In this document: in pieces, positions 51,662-61,350 of the stretch | Layout: each line of letters begins with the position of its first letter | Numbering within the stretch: position 1 is the stretch's first letter | Assembly: GCA_046538435.1 (NCBI GenBank) | Contig: JBKHIX010000001.1 | Coordinates: forward strand, 184 to 64,183 | Reading direction: 5' to 3' | Length of the DNA stretch: 64,000 nucleotides | Source: Thermoplasmata archaeon | Lineage (GTDB): Archaea; Thermoplasmatota; Thermoplasmata; Halarchaeoplasmatales; Halarchaeoplasmataceae | Notes under the pieces: generated by a model | Seen by the model: the letters and a program-made list of their open reading frames with translations, nothing else | What the model was told of the DNA's origin: nothing | Databases searched by the model: none | Program-made: the position numbers and the translations under genes

Positions 51662-52878
51662 CTAACATAAGAGATGGTATCCATCTCTCTTTCCAAAATG
51701 CTTATTCGTTTTTCATCTAAAGCATTTGGATTTACTATTACTAAAAATATACTTTTAGTTTCAGAAACGATATCCACCATATGACGGATAAATTTAATCG
51801 ATGCTTCAAAATTCACGTTACTTATAAGATATTCCAATCCATCCAATAATATTAAAGAATCTTCTTTTATCTTCTTTTCTAATACCCAACTCAATCTCTC
51901 TAAGTTGGGCGATATAATATCGTATATCTCGCTTTCCTTATCTGTTAACCATTTAACCTCAGCTTCTTTTAAATCAAATTCTTCTTCTATCCGTTTGGGA
52001 TTAAGCCTAGAGATTATGAACTTGTGAAGGTCCTTTTCTATTTTCTCGAATAGCTCAAATACTATATCAGCACTTTGCTCTTTGATAAGATAACTTCTGC
52101 TTTCTAAAACATCTAACTTTAACTCTCTATTTTCAACCTCTTTATCTATATATTGTTCTAATGTTTTTCTCACATTATCTAAAGTTACCTTCTCATCTAA
52201 AAGATCGGAATAAGCTGATATCCTAGTTAAAGCCCCCTCGATGAATCTTACGTTCTTTTTGATGTTTTTAGCTATGAAATTCAACACATCTGGTGGTGTA
52301 TCTATACTAAACTGCTTTGATTTTTCTTTGATTATCTCTTTTCTGCTTTCAAACGTGGGTGGTAATATATCAACCACCAGGCCAGATTTAAATATTGATG
52401 CTAACCTTTCCTCAACCTCTGTTATTTTTTCAGGTGAGCGGTCACTGGAAATCACTATCTGACCGCTTCCATTTTGAATTTCGTTAAATATGTGAAAAAG
52501 AGAATGTTGGGCTTCAGGTTTTTCAGTTATAAACTGAATATCGTCTAATAATAGAGTATCGAATTCAGAGTATTTTTCTTTGAATTTTGCTAATTCATCC
52601 TGCTCTAAATACTTATTAAAATCAGTAACTAATTTAGAAGTCGTGATGTATTTTATTTGTCTATCTGGGAATCTTTTAGATAAAGCTCTCCCAATTGCTT
52701 TCATCAGATGGGTTTTACCCAACCCAGATTCACCTTTGATAAATAATGGATTGTAACTTCTATCGGGATTTTTTGAAACAGCCACAGCAGCTGCACATGC
52801 AAATCGATTATTTGGACCAACTATAAAATTTTCAAAACTATATCTGTTGGGAAACTCATCTTCAATATCTTTTGACAT
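51658..52878 (-). CDS. DnaA-type AAA+ ATPase (DnaA domain III homolog) with a non-DnaA C-terminal DUF835-like domain
   Basis: FENFIVGPNNRFACAAA, NPLFIKGESGLGKTHLMKAIG, LLLDDIQFITEKPEAQHSLFHIFNEIQNGSGQIVISSDRSPEKI and VRFIEGALTRISAYS all align with bacterial DnaA/Hda domain III. The C-terminal 150 aa (…LLDGLEYLISNVNFEASIKFIRHMVD…) lack DnaA domain IV. Confidence 0.7.
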   Translation of the reverse strand: MSKDIEDEFPNRYSFENFIVGPNNRFACAAAVAVSKNPDRSYNPLFIKGESGLGKTHLMKAIGRALSKRFPDRQIKYITTSKLVTDFNKYLEQDELAKFKEKYSEFDTLLLDDIQFITEKPEAQHSLFHIFNEIQNGSGQIVISSDRSPEKITEVEERLASIFKSGLVVDILPPTFESRKEIIKEKSKQFSIDTPPDVLNFIAKNIKKNVRFIEGALTRISAYSDLLDEKVTLDNVRKTLEQYIDKEVENRELKLDVLESRSYLIKEQSADIVFELFEKIEKDLHKFIISRLNPKRIEEEFDLKEAEVKWLTDKESEIYDIISPNLERLSWVLEKKIKEDSLILLDGLEYLISNVNFEASIKFIRHMVDIVSETKSIFLVIVNPNALDEKRISILEREMDTISYVS

Positions 52879-52892
52879 TTGTTTTGTTTCAT

Positions 52893-53300
52893 CTATGATT
52901 TTTTACCTATTATATTGAGTGTTTTTTTGTCATTCTCTTTGGAATACTCTTCATAAACAGTTTCCTTTTCTTTACCAGGTATTTTTCCTTCTAATTCCGA
53001 AATCAATTTATCCACATCGACCTTTGTATGAATACTTATTTTCAACTCAGACCTCTGATCTAAGGCTTGAACATTTTGTAAAGATTCTAAGTCCGTTAAT
53101 TTTCCCGAAGGTGTATCTAACTGAGAAGTCCTAGGTATTCCATTTTTTATTATTACTAGTCCTTCATATTCATCGGGTATTTCCACCATGATGTAACCAT
53201 TAAATGAATGGGTTTTTAATTTGGTTACCAAAATTTGGAGCTTACCAGAACCTTCGACTTCTTTTATTTTTATTCCTTCAGGGATATTATTTGGTGACAA
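52893..53300 (-). CDS. hypothetical protein (135 aa), first gene of the operon with the DnaA-like ATPase
   Basis: Beta-rich N-terminus and a charged C-terminus; no family recognised. Confidence 0.35.
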   Translation of the reverse strand: MSPNNIPEGIKIKEVEGSGKLQILVTKLKTHSFNGYIMVEIPDEYEGLVIIKNGIPRTSQLDTPSGKLTDLESLQNVQALDQRSELKISIHTKVDVDKLISELEGKIPGKEKETVYEEYSKENDKKTLNIIGKKS

Positions 53301-53367
53301 GGTATTACTTAATTTGTCACCATGATAAATATATTTTCGCTAAAAAAGCAAAAAAAACTTATCCTTT

Positions 53368-53991
53368 GTGTCTGATTCCTTAATGATGAAAAGTCTGTTG
53401 ACCCGGTGTCCTTACTGTGGAGCACACTTTTATAAAAATACACCTGAAAACGATATTTCATATGTAAATATAATATGTCCTTACTGCAATTACCAATATA
53501 AAGACTCTATAGATGAAGAAAGAATTAAGAAACATGATTTTTACTGGGAGATATATTCTGGTCTCTATCCCCCAATAAAATCCGAAATACATAAAAAATC
53601 AAGATTAACAATTTCTGGGGTATTACTACTTTTAACATTACCATTTTTCATCTACGGTCTCTCACAAATATTTTTCCAAGGTGCTTTATCAGGTCTTTCT
53701 GTGGTGGAAACTAACACCATATATGGGGTATGGTTAGCGGGATTGATTTTTCTTCTTTTCGTTATAGCTGGTATAATTAGTGCATTGAAGCGTTATTCAT
53801 TCGTGATTTCCTTATCTGGAATTATCTTTGCTCTACTGAGTTCAGTCCTCTGGCTCTACATCTACCAAAGACTAGATCAACACATGTTTGACAATTTTTA
53901 TCAACTCCTAATGTTTGGTCCTCAAATCCTATCCCTCATATCTTTAACATTAATTATTAAGAACAGAAAATCGTTCAAACTCGGTTATTGA
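53368..53991 (+). CDS. membrane protein with an N-terminal C4 zinc ribbon and 4 TM helices
   Basis: CPYCGAHFYK...ICPYCNYQY followed by four hydrophobic helices. Confidence 0.4.
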   Translation: MSDSLMMKSLLTRCPYCGAHFYKNTPENDISYVNIICPYCNYQYKDSIDEERIKKHDFYWEIYSGLYPPIKSEIHKKSRLTISGVLLLLTLPFFIYGLSQIFFQGALSGLSVVETNTIYGVWLAGLIFLLFVIAGIISALKRYSFVISLSGIIFALLSSVLWLYIYQRLDQHMFDNFYQLLMFGPQILSLISLTLIIKNRKSFKLGY

Positions 53992-54999
53992 TTATTGGAT
54001 ATATAAGAACTGATAACCCATATAAAGAACATATCCGGCAAGCATTACTATGCCTTCCAAGCGAGATATTTTCTTACCCGTATACATGAAGATAGTTAAA
54101 ATTATACTAACTATAACCATGATTAACATACTATAGATGAGATCTGGTGAAAAATCCAATGGAACAAAGGTCGCACAAATACCTAAAACCATAAGGATAT
54201 TGAACGTATTTGAACCGATAACATTGCCTAAAGATATATCAGATTCTTCTCTATAAGCTGCCATACTAGAGGCAGCTAATTCAGGTAAAGAAGTTGCTAA
54301 AGCAATGATCGTGAGACCTACCACACCTTCTTTTAAACCAAATTCATCCATATAGAATATTGCTCCATCAATCATCAATTCTGCTCCAATGGCGATTCCA
54401 AGTAAACCAAATACTATTTTAGCGATGTTGATTTTCGGAGCGTACTCCTCCTTTTGCACATAATCTTCATCCTTTATCTCTTCCTCAATTTCTAATTCTT
54501 CTTTGATTATTTCTTTTTCACCCTCAAAATAAGCAATCCAAATAAAGAAACCGATGTATCCTATAAACGCTAATAATAATAGAATGCCCTCCCATCTCTC
54601 TATAACATAACCAGAAGCCAATATGTTTGATGAAAAAAGAATCAACAAGACCATAGCTCCAAACATAATCGGTATCTCTCTTTTAATAATATTTCTGTCA
54701 ACACTTATCGGTTTTATCAGTGAACTTGCACCTAAAACCAATAAAATATTTGCAATATTTGATCCTATAACATTTCCAACAGAGATCCCCTGTTTCCCCT
54801 TGAAAATCGCATTTAAACTTCCAGCAAGTTCTGGTAGAGATGTGCCAAAGGATACAAGTGTTAATCCAATTACGATCGCTGGTACCCCAAAATATGCTGC
54901 AGTTTTACCTCCCCCCTCTACTAGAAAATCAGCACCTTTAACTAAAATTACTACACCTACAATTAGTGCTGCAGTCCATCCTAGTAACTGTAAAACCAT
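53992..54999 (-). CDS. Ca2+/cation antiporter (CaCA family, YrbG-like Na+/Ca2+ exchanger)
   Basis: Two alpha-repeats with GNVIGSNIANILLVLG and GNVIGSNTFNILMVLG. Confidence 0.8.
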   Translation of the reverse strand: MVLQLLGWTAALIVGVVILVKGADFLVEGGGKTAAYFGVPAIVIGLTLVSFGTSLPELAGSLNAIFKGKQGISVGNVIGSNIANILLVLGASSLIKPISVDRNIIKREIPIMFGAMVLLILFSSNILASGYVIERWEGILLLLAFIGYIGFFIWIAYFEGEKEIIKEELEIEEEIKDEDYVQKEEYAPKINIAKIVFGLLGIAIGAELMIDGAIFYMDEFGLKEGVVGLTIIALATSLPELAASSMAAYREESDISLGNVIGSNTFNILMVLGICATFVPLDFSPDLIYSMLIMVIVSIILTIFMYTGKKISRLEGIVMLAGYVLYMGYQFLYIQ

Positions 55000-55072
55000 G
55001 ATGGGGCATTTTATTATAGTATAAAAAAGTTTTAGTATCCCATGTTCAGATTAAATATTCGGACGCACTATT

Positions 55073-56248
55073 ATGAAAAAATATGAATATAATGAAGAAA
55101 TTGTATTAGTCGGAGTCGACTATCTAGGTGATAAGAGTCTAGAATCTGACATATCCGACTTGATTGGAAAATACGAACCTGGCATAGTGGGTCTAACTTT
55201 ATGTGAAAAACGATTTGAATCATTAGAGGAAGAAGAAAAATGGAAGGATAAACCATTATTACCTTCTTACAAAGAAGGGAAAACCGGCACTTTGATCTAT
55301 CAAGCATTTATGGATGCGGTAAGAGAGAACCTGAGACGGTTTAAAGGCCTTAAACCTGAAAGTCATATTGCAAACCTTGTACCTCTTGCTGACTCACTTA
55401 ATGTTGATGTAGAGTTTTTGGACAGAGACATAACTCTCACCCTCAGTAGATCTTTTAGGAATATGTCTCCTATTGAAAAACTGAAAATGATCTGGTATTT
55501 TAGATCAACGATGTTGACCTTTTCTGAGGAAAAAAAATCAGAATCTGTAAAGGAGATAGAAAAACATGATGATTTAATAGAGGGTGTTTTAGATACAGTT
55601 AGAAAGTTTGCCCCCACCGTGACTAAAAGGGCCAAAAGTGAAAGGATCGAATACATTAGTAGAAGGATATTTAGATCCTCAAAAAGAGATAAAATAATTG
55701 CGGTCGTTCCAGAAAGTAAACTTCTTGACGTAAAAAATAAACTTGATGATATACAAAAAGAGGAAAAAGAAAGAGGGAGAGCTAGGGGCATACTTCATTT
55801 AGAAAAAATCAGTAAGAAAGTCTATACAACTCTATTGAGATTTGCTTCTCCTATCTTTTTCATCAGTTTGGCTGTTTATCTATTTTTATTCTCTGATGTT
55901 CTGAATATCTGGCGTGCCTGGCTATACTGGTTTATCGCAGTAGGGGGTATGGCTGCTTTAGGTGCTTTGCTTGGTAGAGGGCATCCTATCTCGATAATAA
56001 CTTCTTTCATATTGGCACCTTTCATGTCTTTAACCTTAATTGGTCCTGGATGGATAGCTGGATATGTAGAATTAAAAATTAGGAATCCTAAAGTGAGGGA
56101 CTTGAGAGAACTTACCTCTTCAGATTCCAGTAGAGATTTCCTATCCAATAATATTATAAGAATATTTCTTGTAGGAACATTCTCCAACGTTTTTACGTGG
56201 ATTGGACTATTCATCGTTCTACCTTTACTGATATCAATACTTGGCTAA
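55073..56248 (+). CDS. TraB/PrgY/GumN-family protein with a C-terminal membrane domain
   Basis: N-terminal IVLVGVDYLGDKSLESDI...GIVGLTLCEKR matches the TraB-family start; C-terminal TMs. Confidence 0.55.
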   Translation: MKKYEYNEEIVLVGVDYLGDKSLESDISDLIGKYEPGIVGLTLCEKRFESLEEEEKWKDKPLLPSYKEGKTGTLIYQAFMDAVRENLRRFKGLKPESHIANLVPLADSLNVDVEFLDRDITLTLSRSFRNMSPIEKLKMIWYFRSTMLTFSEEKKSESVKEIEKHDDLIEGVLDTVRKFAPTVTKRAKSERIEYISRRIFRSSKRDKIIAVVPESKLLDVKNKLDDIQKEEKERGRARGILHLEKISKKVYTTLLRFASPIFFISLAVYLFLFSDVLNIWRAWLYWFIAVGGMAALGALLGRGHPISIITSFILAPFMSLTLIGPGWIAGYVELKIRNPKVRDLRELTSSDSSRDFLSNNIIRIFLVGTFSNVFTWIGLFIVLPLLISILG

Positions 56249-56294
56249 ATAGAAAAATATATAACCCAAATTATGTTCATTAATACAATCTAAA

Positions 56295-57152
56295 ATGAAA
56301 CTAAAAAATTTCTTAAAAAGGTTTATCGAAGGTCTTCTAATGGGGGGTGCTAATATAATCCCAGGTGTTTCCGGAGGAACTATAGCCTTGATTATCGGGA
56401 TTTATGATAGATTAATACATGCTATAAACCAGATCCCTAAAGACCTTCCTCTACCTCTTTTTAAAGGAGATATAGATGGCTTTAAATCTAAATTGAAAGA
56501 TATTGATTTTCCATTCCTTGCTCCACTGGCAGTTGGAGCTCTAGTATCTATAATCACTATAGCAAGAGGTCTAGAGATCGTTATGGATTCATACCCTGCT
56601 ATAACATTTGCTTTCTTTTTTGGGTTGATATTGGTATCGGTAGCAATAATATACAAATATATTGAGAGGATCAATTTTTACTCTATACTATCAGCCTTCA
56701 TTGGTTTTCTTTTCGTTTTCTATATTTTGGGAATCGAAGGTATAGAATTCAGCCATGGACCTATAACTATATTTTTCTCAGGTATGGTGGCAATCGTTTC
56801 CATGATTCTACCAGGTATTTCAGGATCATATATATTATTGATTCTTCATCAATATGAATACATGGTTGAGGCATTATATTCTTTTAATTTTCAAACTATC
56901 ATCATATTTGTAGCGGGAGCTGTAGTCGGTCTATTCGGTTTTGCAAAAATACTGGATTATCTACTACAAAAATATCCTTCAATATCTATGGCATTTCTGT
57001 TCGGATTGATGGTCGGGGCTCTTAGAGTCCCACTTGTAAAATCAGTAAATAATGCTAGTAACATTTTTGAGATAATAATTCCCGCCATAATTGGGGCAGC
57101 CCTTATAGCAATTTTAGAGTACAAATATTTATTAAAAGAACGGATGAACTAA
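56295..57152 (+). CDS. DUF368 membrane protein (PopT-like polyprenyl-phosphate translocase family)
   Basis: GANIIPGVSGGTIALIIGIYDRL and the repeated second half ILPGISGSYILLIL. Confidence 0.75.
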   Translation: MKLKNFLKRFIEGLLMGGANIIPGVSGGTIALIIGIYDRLIHAINQIPKDLPLPLFKGDIDGFKSKLKDIDFPFLAPLAVGALVSIITIARGLEIVMDSYPAITFAFFFGLILVSVAIIYKYIERINFYSILSAFIGFLFVFYILGIEGIEFSHGPITIFFSGMVAIVSMILPGISGSYILLILHQYEYMVEALYSFNFQTIIIFVAGAVVGLFGFAKILDYLLQKYPSISMAFLFGLMVGALRVPLVKSVNNASNIFEIIIPAIIGAALIAILEYKYLLKERMN

Positions 57153-57805
57153 ATCTTTTTAAACCCTCTTTTTATCCATCCTCCTACTGCTCTTCTTACA
57201 TAGAAGAAAGTTTGAGGATAAGTTCTACTTTGGCCTCTAACATCTGTTTTATATTCTTTGATATCACTAATCAGCTCTTGCCAGCTGTTGGCATTATCAA
57301 CTATGGTGTAAGCTTTCCCAACACTCTTCAAGCGGTGAGCATCACTTCCACCAATAATAGGTAAATTCATTTCTTTTGCTAACTTTTTTGATCTTATATT
57401 TTTATAACCCCATGTTCTACCGTTCATCCCTTCCATAGCATCCCAATCATTACCTCGAATTACGTCCTCACCCATCCCAGACCAGAATCTGTAAGGGTGA
57501 ACTGCAACAGCTATTGCATCATGTTCATGGATGATATCTACCGCTTCTTCAACTGTTTTAGGTCTACCAATCTCGTCCTTCAAACCAAGTGCACCTACAT
57601 GTCCTTCCTCAGTACTAACTTCTATACCAGGTACCAATATCAAATCAGTATCCATGTCTTTTATTTCATTGTAACCTTTGATGGTATTATGATCCAATAT
57701 TGCTAAACCATCTAACCCTTTTTTTTCAGCAATCTTAACTATCTCTCTCGGTTTGGATTTAGAGTCCCCTGAATATTGAGAATGGATATGTAAATCAAAT
57801 TTCAT
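57149..57805 (-). CDS. PHP-domain metal-dependent phosphoesterase
   Basis: MKFDLHIHSQYS...LAILDHN...GSDAH histidine-rich PHP motifs. Confidence 0.7.
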   Translation of the reverse strand: MKFDLHIHSQYSGDSKSKPREIVKIAEKKGLDGLAILDHNTIKGYNEIKDMDTDLILVPGIEVSTEEGHVGALGLKDEIGRPKTVEEAVDIIHEHDAIAVAVHPYRFWSGMGEDVIRGNDWDAMEGMNGRTWGYKNIRSKKLAKEMNLPIIGGSDAHRLKSVGKAYTIVDNANSWQELISDIKEYKTDVRGQSRTYPQTFFYVRRAVGGWIKRGFKKI

Positions 57806-58377
57806 GTTCTTTCACCTTCAACAGACGATATTATCTTTTTAGCAAGTTCAGTGTCTTCATTTTTCAACATTTTTATTACCTTATTTTTAATTTCCTCTTT
57901 TTGTTCTTTTTCCGCAACAGGTATTCTACTGGCATATACCATTGAATCTAAATATGGATTATCTCTAGTTAAGTATTCCTTTTTTTCTCCTTTTTGATAC
58001 TTTATTTCAGCGTTAATGGATTTTAACAAAAGTTTTCCATATTTATCAATCCCTTTTTTTTCTTCAATGCTTTTAACTTCACAAAAAAAAGTCTTTGTTG
58101 CCTCTTTTGGATAATAATAAGAATCTTTCTTTAAAACTTCATCTTCGCTCAGTTCTGATTGGTTCGGTTCATTATATCCAGTCAAAGAAGCTTTATAGAA
58201 AAGCTGAAGGCTTTTTGTTAATGAAAACGTAAATTTGCTGCCTATTCCTAGATTCTTACTGGTATCAGAAGGATGATATAATCGTAATTGCAAATGATTT
58301 TCACTAACCTCTGCTCCTACAGCTGATGTATTTAATGTCTTGTTAAAGGATATTAGAATACCCTCATAATATGTCAT
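57802..58377 (-). CDS. hypothetical protein (191 aa)
   Basis: ORF with coupled stops (overlaps the PHP gene); no family recognised. Confidence 0.35.
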   Translation of the reverse strand: MTYYEGILISFNKTLNTSAVGAEVSENHLQLRLYHPSDTSKNLGIGSKFTFSLTKSLQLFYKASLTGYNEPNQSELSEDEVLKKDSYYYPKEATKTFFCEVKSIEEKKGIDKYGKLLLKSINAEIKYQKGEKKEYLTRDNPYLDSMVYASRIPVAEKEQKEEIKNKVIKMLKNEDTELAKKIISSVEGERT

Positions 58378-58389
58378 AATTTCCCTCTG

Positions 58390-58821
58390 TTAAGCTACCT
58401 CCATACCACCAACGTTCTTCTTATCTTTCTTTCCCTGTTCAGAAAAATTTACCTTAGGTAGAGGTATTGGGGGAGGGAGTTGTAACTCTTTAGCTAGTAT
58501 TACCGCTTCAGGTATACAGTTATTAATAATCGTCGAATGGATCTGCTGAGCTACATCTTGAGGCATTTCGTTATCTTTTTTCCATTTTTTTGCTAGATTG
58601 GGATAGTTCCCCTCGAATAATATCTTGCCTTCAATCTTTATCATCCCCACATTAGAATAGTTGATATTGAATCTGAAGTTCAACTCATTTTTATTATTGT
58701 CTATTTTCTTGATACGTGTAACCGAGCTATTGTGGTCAACTCTTAAATTTCCTCTAGTTTCTCCCTTTTCACTGTACCTTTCAGCATCAATGGATCTTAT
58801 CTCAAAATTCTTAACAGCCAT
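58390..58821 (-). CDS. hypothetical protein (143 aa)
   Basis: ORF upstream of and co-directional with 57802-58377; no family recognised. Confidence 0.35.
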   Translation of the reverse strand: MAVKNFEIRSIDAERYSEKGETRGNLRVDHNSSVTRIKKIDNNKNELNFRFNINYSNVGMIKIEGKILFEGNYPNLAKKWKKDNEMPQDVAQQIHSTIINNCIPEAVILAKELQLPPPIPLPKVNFSEQGKKDKKNVGGMEVA

Positions 58822-58952
58822 AAAGCGATATTAAAACCGGTTCTTTAATAATCTTTTGTTCAATGTAGAATTTACATAAAAATGAAGTAATGTAAGCAAA
58901 ATGTTTATAATCTTCCGGGCTAATTGATATGAAGCTAAATTATACATAAGTT

Positions 58953-59321
58953 GTGGTTAAAATGTCTCCTGCTAACTTAATTGAAATGTTATTAGAGGAT
59001 ATCAAAGAGAATCCAGAAATCAAAAATGTAACTCTTGTTTCTAGAAGTGGTATGCATATAGCTGGTGAGGTACCAAAAAATTCCCACCGTGAGACATTCG
59101 TAGCGATGTCTGCTATATTACTTGGATCAGCAGAAACTGCTACGTCTGAATTGAAAGATGAATTATCGTATGTTCTCGTGGAATTAAAGAATTCCCGTAT
59201 CTTGATTTTGAACAGCGGGCCTTCAGCGATTCTTGTTACAAGGCTAAATAGAGAAAGTGATATTGATGAAATTATCAATTACCTTGAAAATCCTATCCAG
59301 GACATTCAAGATTCGCTATAA
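58953..59321 (+). CDS. Roadblock/LC7 (MglB-like) domain protein
   Basis: VTLVSRSGMHIAG...ETFVAMSAILLGSAETATSEL...VLVELKNSRILILNSGPSAILV matches the Roadblock/LC7 fold pattern. Confidence 0.7.
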   Translation: MVKMSPANLIEMLLEDIKENPEIKNVTLVSRSGMHIAGEVPKNSHRETFVAMSAILLGSAETATSELKDELSYVLVELKNSRILILNSGPSAILVTRLNRESDIDEIINYLENPIQDIQDSL

Positions 59322-59395
59322 ATTTTGGAGGGGTTATTATTAGCATTACTAGTTTTATTAATTGTAACGTCATCTCACTCGAAAGACGTTCCGAA

Positions 59396-60829
59396 ATGTA
59401 CCATGGTTTTACTGTTGAAAATGGAGCAATAGGCAATATAGATAATTACGACAAAATAATGGAAGGTACTGATAAAAAGATTGACCTGGATGGCAATTAT
59501 GTTTTGCCGGGATTCATCGATTCCCACACGCATCTTCTTGAAACAGGGCTTAAAATGGATAGAGTTGATCTTTCTAAGTGCGAAACTTTTGAAGAGGTCA
59601 AATATTATTTAGGGAAAAAAATAGAAGAAACTGAAGAAGATGGATGGGTGATTGGTGTTGATTATGATGAATCTAAATGGAAAGATACTGATGCACCAGA
59701 CAAAGACGATTTAGATGAGCTAAGTGAAAAGCATCCTATAATAATCAAAAGAATCTGTGGACACTCAGCTGTGGCTAATTCTTTAGCATTAGATGAAATA
59801 GGAATGGATAGTGAAGAAATTGATTATGAATCGGGACATATTAAAGAAGAGCCTGTATGGGAGCTAGATGAAATCATATCGATTTCTAAAGAAGAAAAAA
59901 AAGAAGCCATTAAAAGAGGGATTGAAAAAGCTCACTCTCTGGGAATCACCTGTGTTCATGAAGTTGTAGGAAAGGAAGCATGGGAAGCCTATAAAGAACT
60001 GGATGAAGAAGATGATCTAGATTTAAGATTTCGATGTTATATTTACTACGATGATGTAGAAGAAGATGGACCTGTCCAGAAAAGCGATTTTCTTTCATTG
60101 AACGGATTAAAAGTCTTTGCAGATGGATCAATAGGCGCAAGGACTGCTGCTCTAGAAGAAGAATATGCAGATGATCCTGGTAATAAAGGTATATTGATTC
60201 ATGACCAAGATGAGATTGAAGAGATAATCAAAAATGGTGAAGAAAAAGGGTTTCAGATTATGATTCATGCTATCGGGGATAGATCCATATCTACTGTAAT
60301 TAATGCATTTGAAGAAAGCTCTACAAAAGCATCAGAACTAAGGCACAGAATCGAACATGCTGAAATGCTGTGGGAAGAAAACATACGAAGGATTAGGGAC
60401 CTAAACTTGATATTATCTGCTCAACCAAATTTTGCATATAAGTGGTCAAAAACAGGAGGGATGAACGATACGAGACTGGGCAAAAAAAGACTTCAAAATT
60501 GTAATCCTTACTGGGATATCCAAAGATCATTGGTTAAAATGACCTTTGGTTCAGACTGTATGCCTATGGATCCCTTATTTGGGATATATTCAGCTGTAAA
60601 TCATCCCATTCTCGAGCAAAGGATTTCTACATACAATGCCTTACAAAGCTACATCACAAATGGAGCCTACGCAGGCAAGGATGAAAACAAATTCGGTAAA
60701 TTTAAGGAAGGTATGTCTGCTGATTTTGTAGTTTTATCAGCTAATCCATTAGAATCTGATAGTATAAAAGATATCGAAGTAGTAATGACTGTAGTTGATG
60801 GGGAGATTGTTTACGACAATAGAAATTAA
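59396..60829 (+). CDS. amidohydrolase-family metal-dependent hydrolase (Amidohydro_3-like)
   Basis: LPGFIDSHTHL metal-binding HxH, a later HAIGD and C-terminal D motifs. Confidence 0.75.
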   Translation: MYHGFTVENGAIGNIDNYDKIMEGTDKKIDLDGNYVLPGFIDSHTHLLETGLKMDRVDLSKCETFEEVKYYLGKKIEETEEDGWVIGVDYDESKWKDTDAPDKDDLDELSEKHPIIIKRICGHSAVANSLALDEIGMDSEEIDYESGHIKEEPVWELDEIISISKEEKKEAIKRGIEKAHSLGITCVHEVVGKEAWEAYKELDEEDDLDLRFRCYIYYDDVEEDGPVQKSDFLSLNGLKVFADGSIGARTAALEEEYADDPGNKGILIHDQDEIEEIIKNGEEKGFQIMIHAIGDRSISTVINAFEESSTKASELRHRIEHAEMLWEENIRRIRDLNLILSAQPNFAYKWSKTGGMNDTRLGKKRLQNCNPYWDIQRSLVKMTFGSDCMPMDPLFGIYSAVNHPILEQRISTYNALQSYITNGAYAGKDENKFGKFKEGMSADFVVLSANPLESDSIKDIEVVMTVVDGEIVYDNRN

Positions 60830-60897
60830 AATTATTTTAAATATTCATCCGATTACCTTATATATCCCCTTTTTATTGAAAATACCGGTGTTTGAAA

Positions 60898-61278
60898 ATG
60901 CCTGAAATACCTGAAGAATTAAGATATACGGAAGATCACGAATGGGTGAAATTAACAGACGGAGAAGCACAGTATGGCATCACTGATTATGCACAGGAAG
61001 AATTAGGAGATATAGTTTATATCGAACTCCCAGAAGTTGGTGAGGATGTTGAGAAAGGTGACATGATAGGTGTGATTGAATCAGTAAAAACCGTATCAGA
61101 TCTTTATGCTCCTATGACTGGAACAATAACAAAAGTTAATGATGAACTTGAAGAATCACCAGAGACTATAAATGATGATCCATACGGAGATGGATGGATA
61201 GTAAAAATAGAATACGAAGATAAATCCGAGTATGAAAGTTTGATGGATGCAGAAGAATTTAAACTTCATACAGAATAA
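60898..61278 (+). CDS. gcvH: glycine cleavage system H protein
   Basis: Lipoyl-lysine motif ESVKTVSDLYAP; YTEDHEWV start; the track begins at TTG 60892. Confidence 0.85.
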   Translation: MPEIPEELRYTEDHEWVKLTDGEAQYGITDYAQEELGDIVYIELPEVGEDVEKGDMIGVIESVKTVSDLYAPMTGTITKVNDELEESPETINDDPYGDGWIVKIEYEDKSEYESLMDAEEFKLHTE

Positions 61279-61350
61279 AAACCTTTCTTCTCTTATTATA
61301 TCAAATCAGTAGATCGAATTAAAAAAGAAAATGGTTTTTAGATTTTATTA

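Noticed and set aside
51658-52878. Annotating the DnaA-like ORF as the replication initiator DnaA
   Set aside because: It lacks the N-terminal domains I-II and the DnaA-box-binding domain IV, and the genome is archaeal (the Orc1/Cdc6 paradigm). Only domain III homology is supported.
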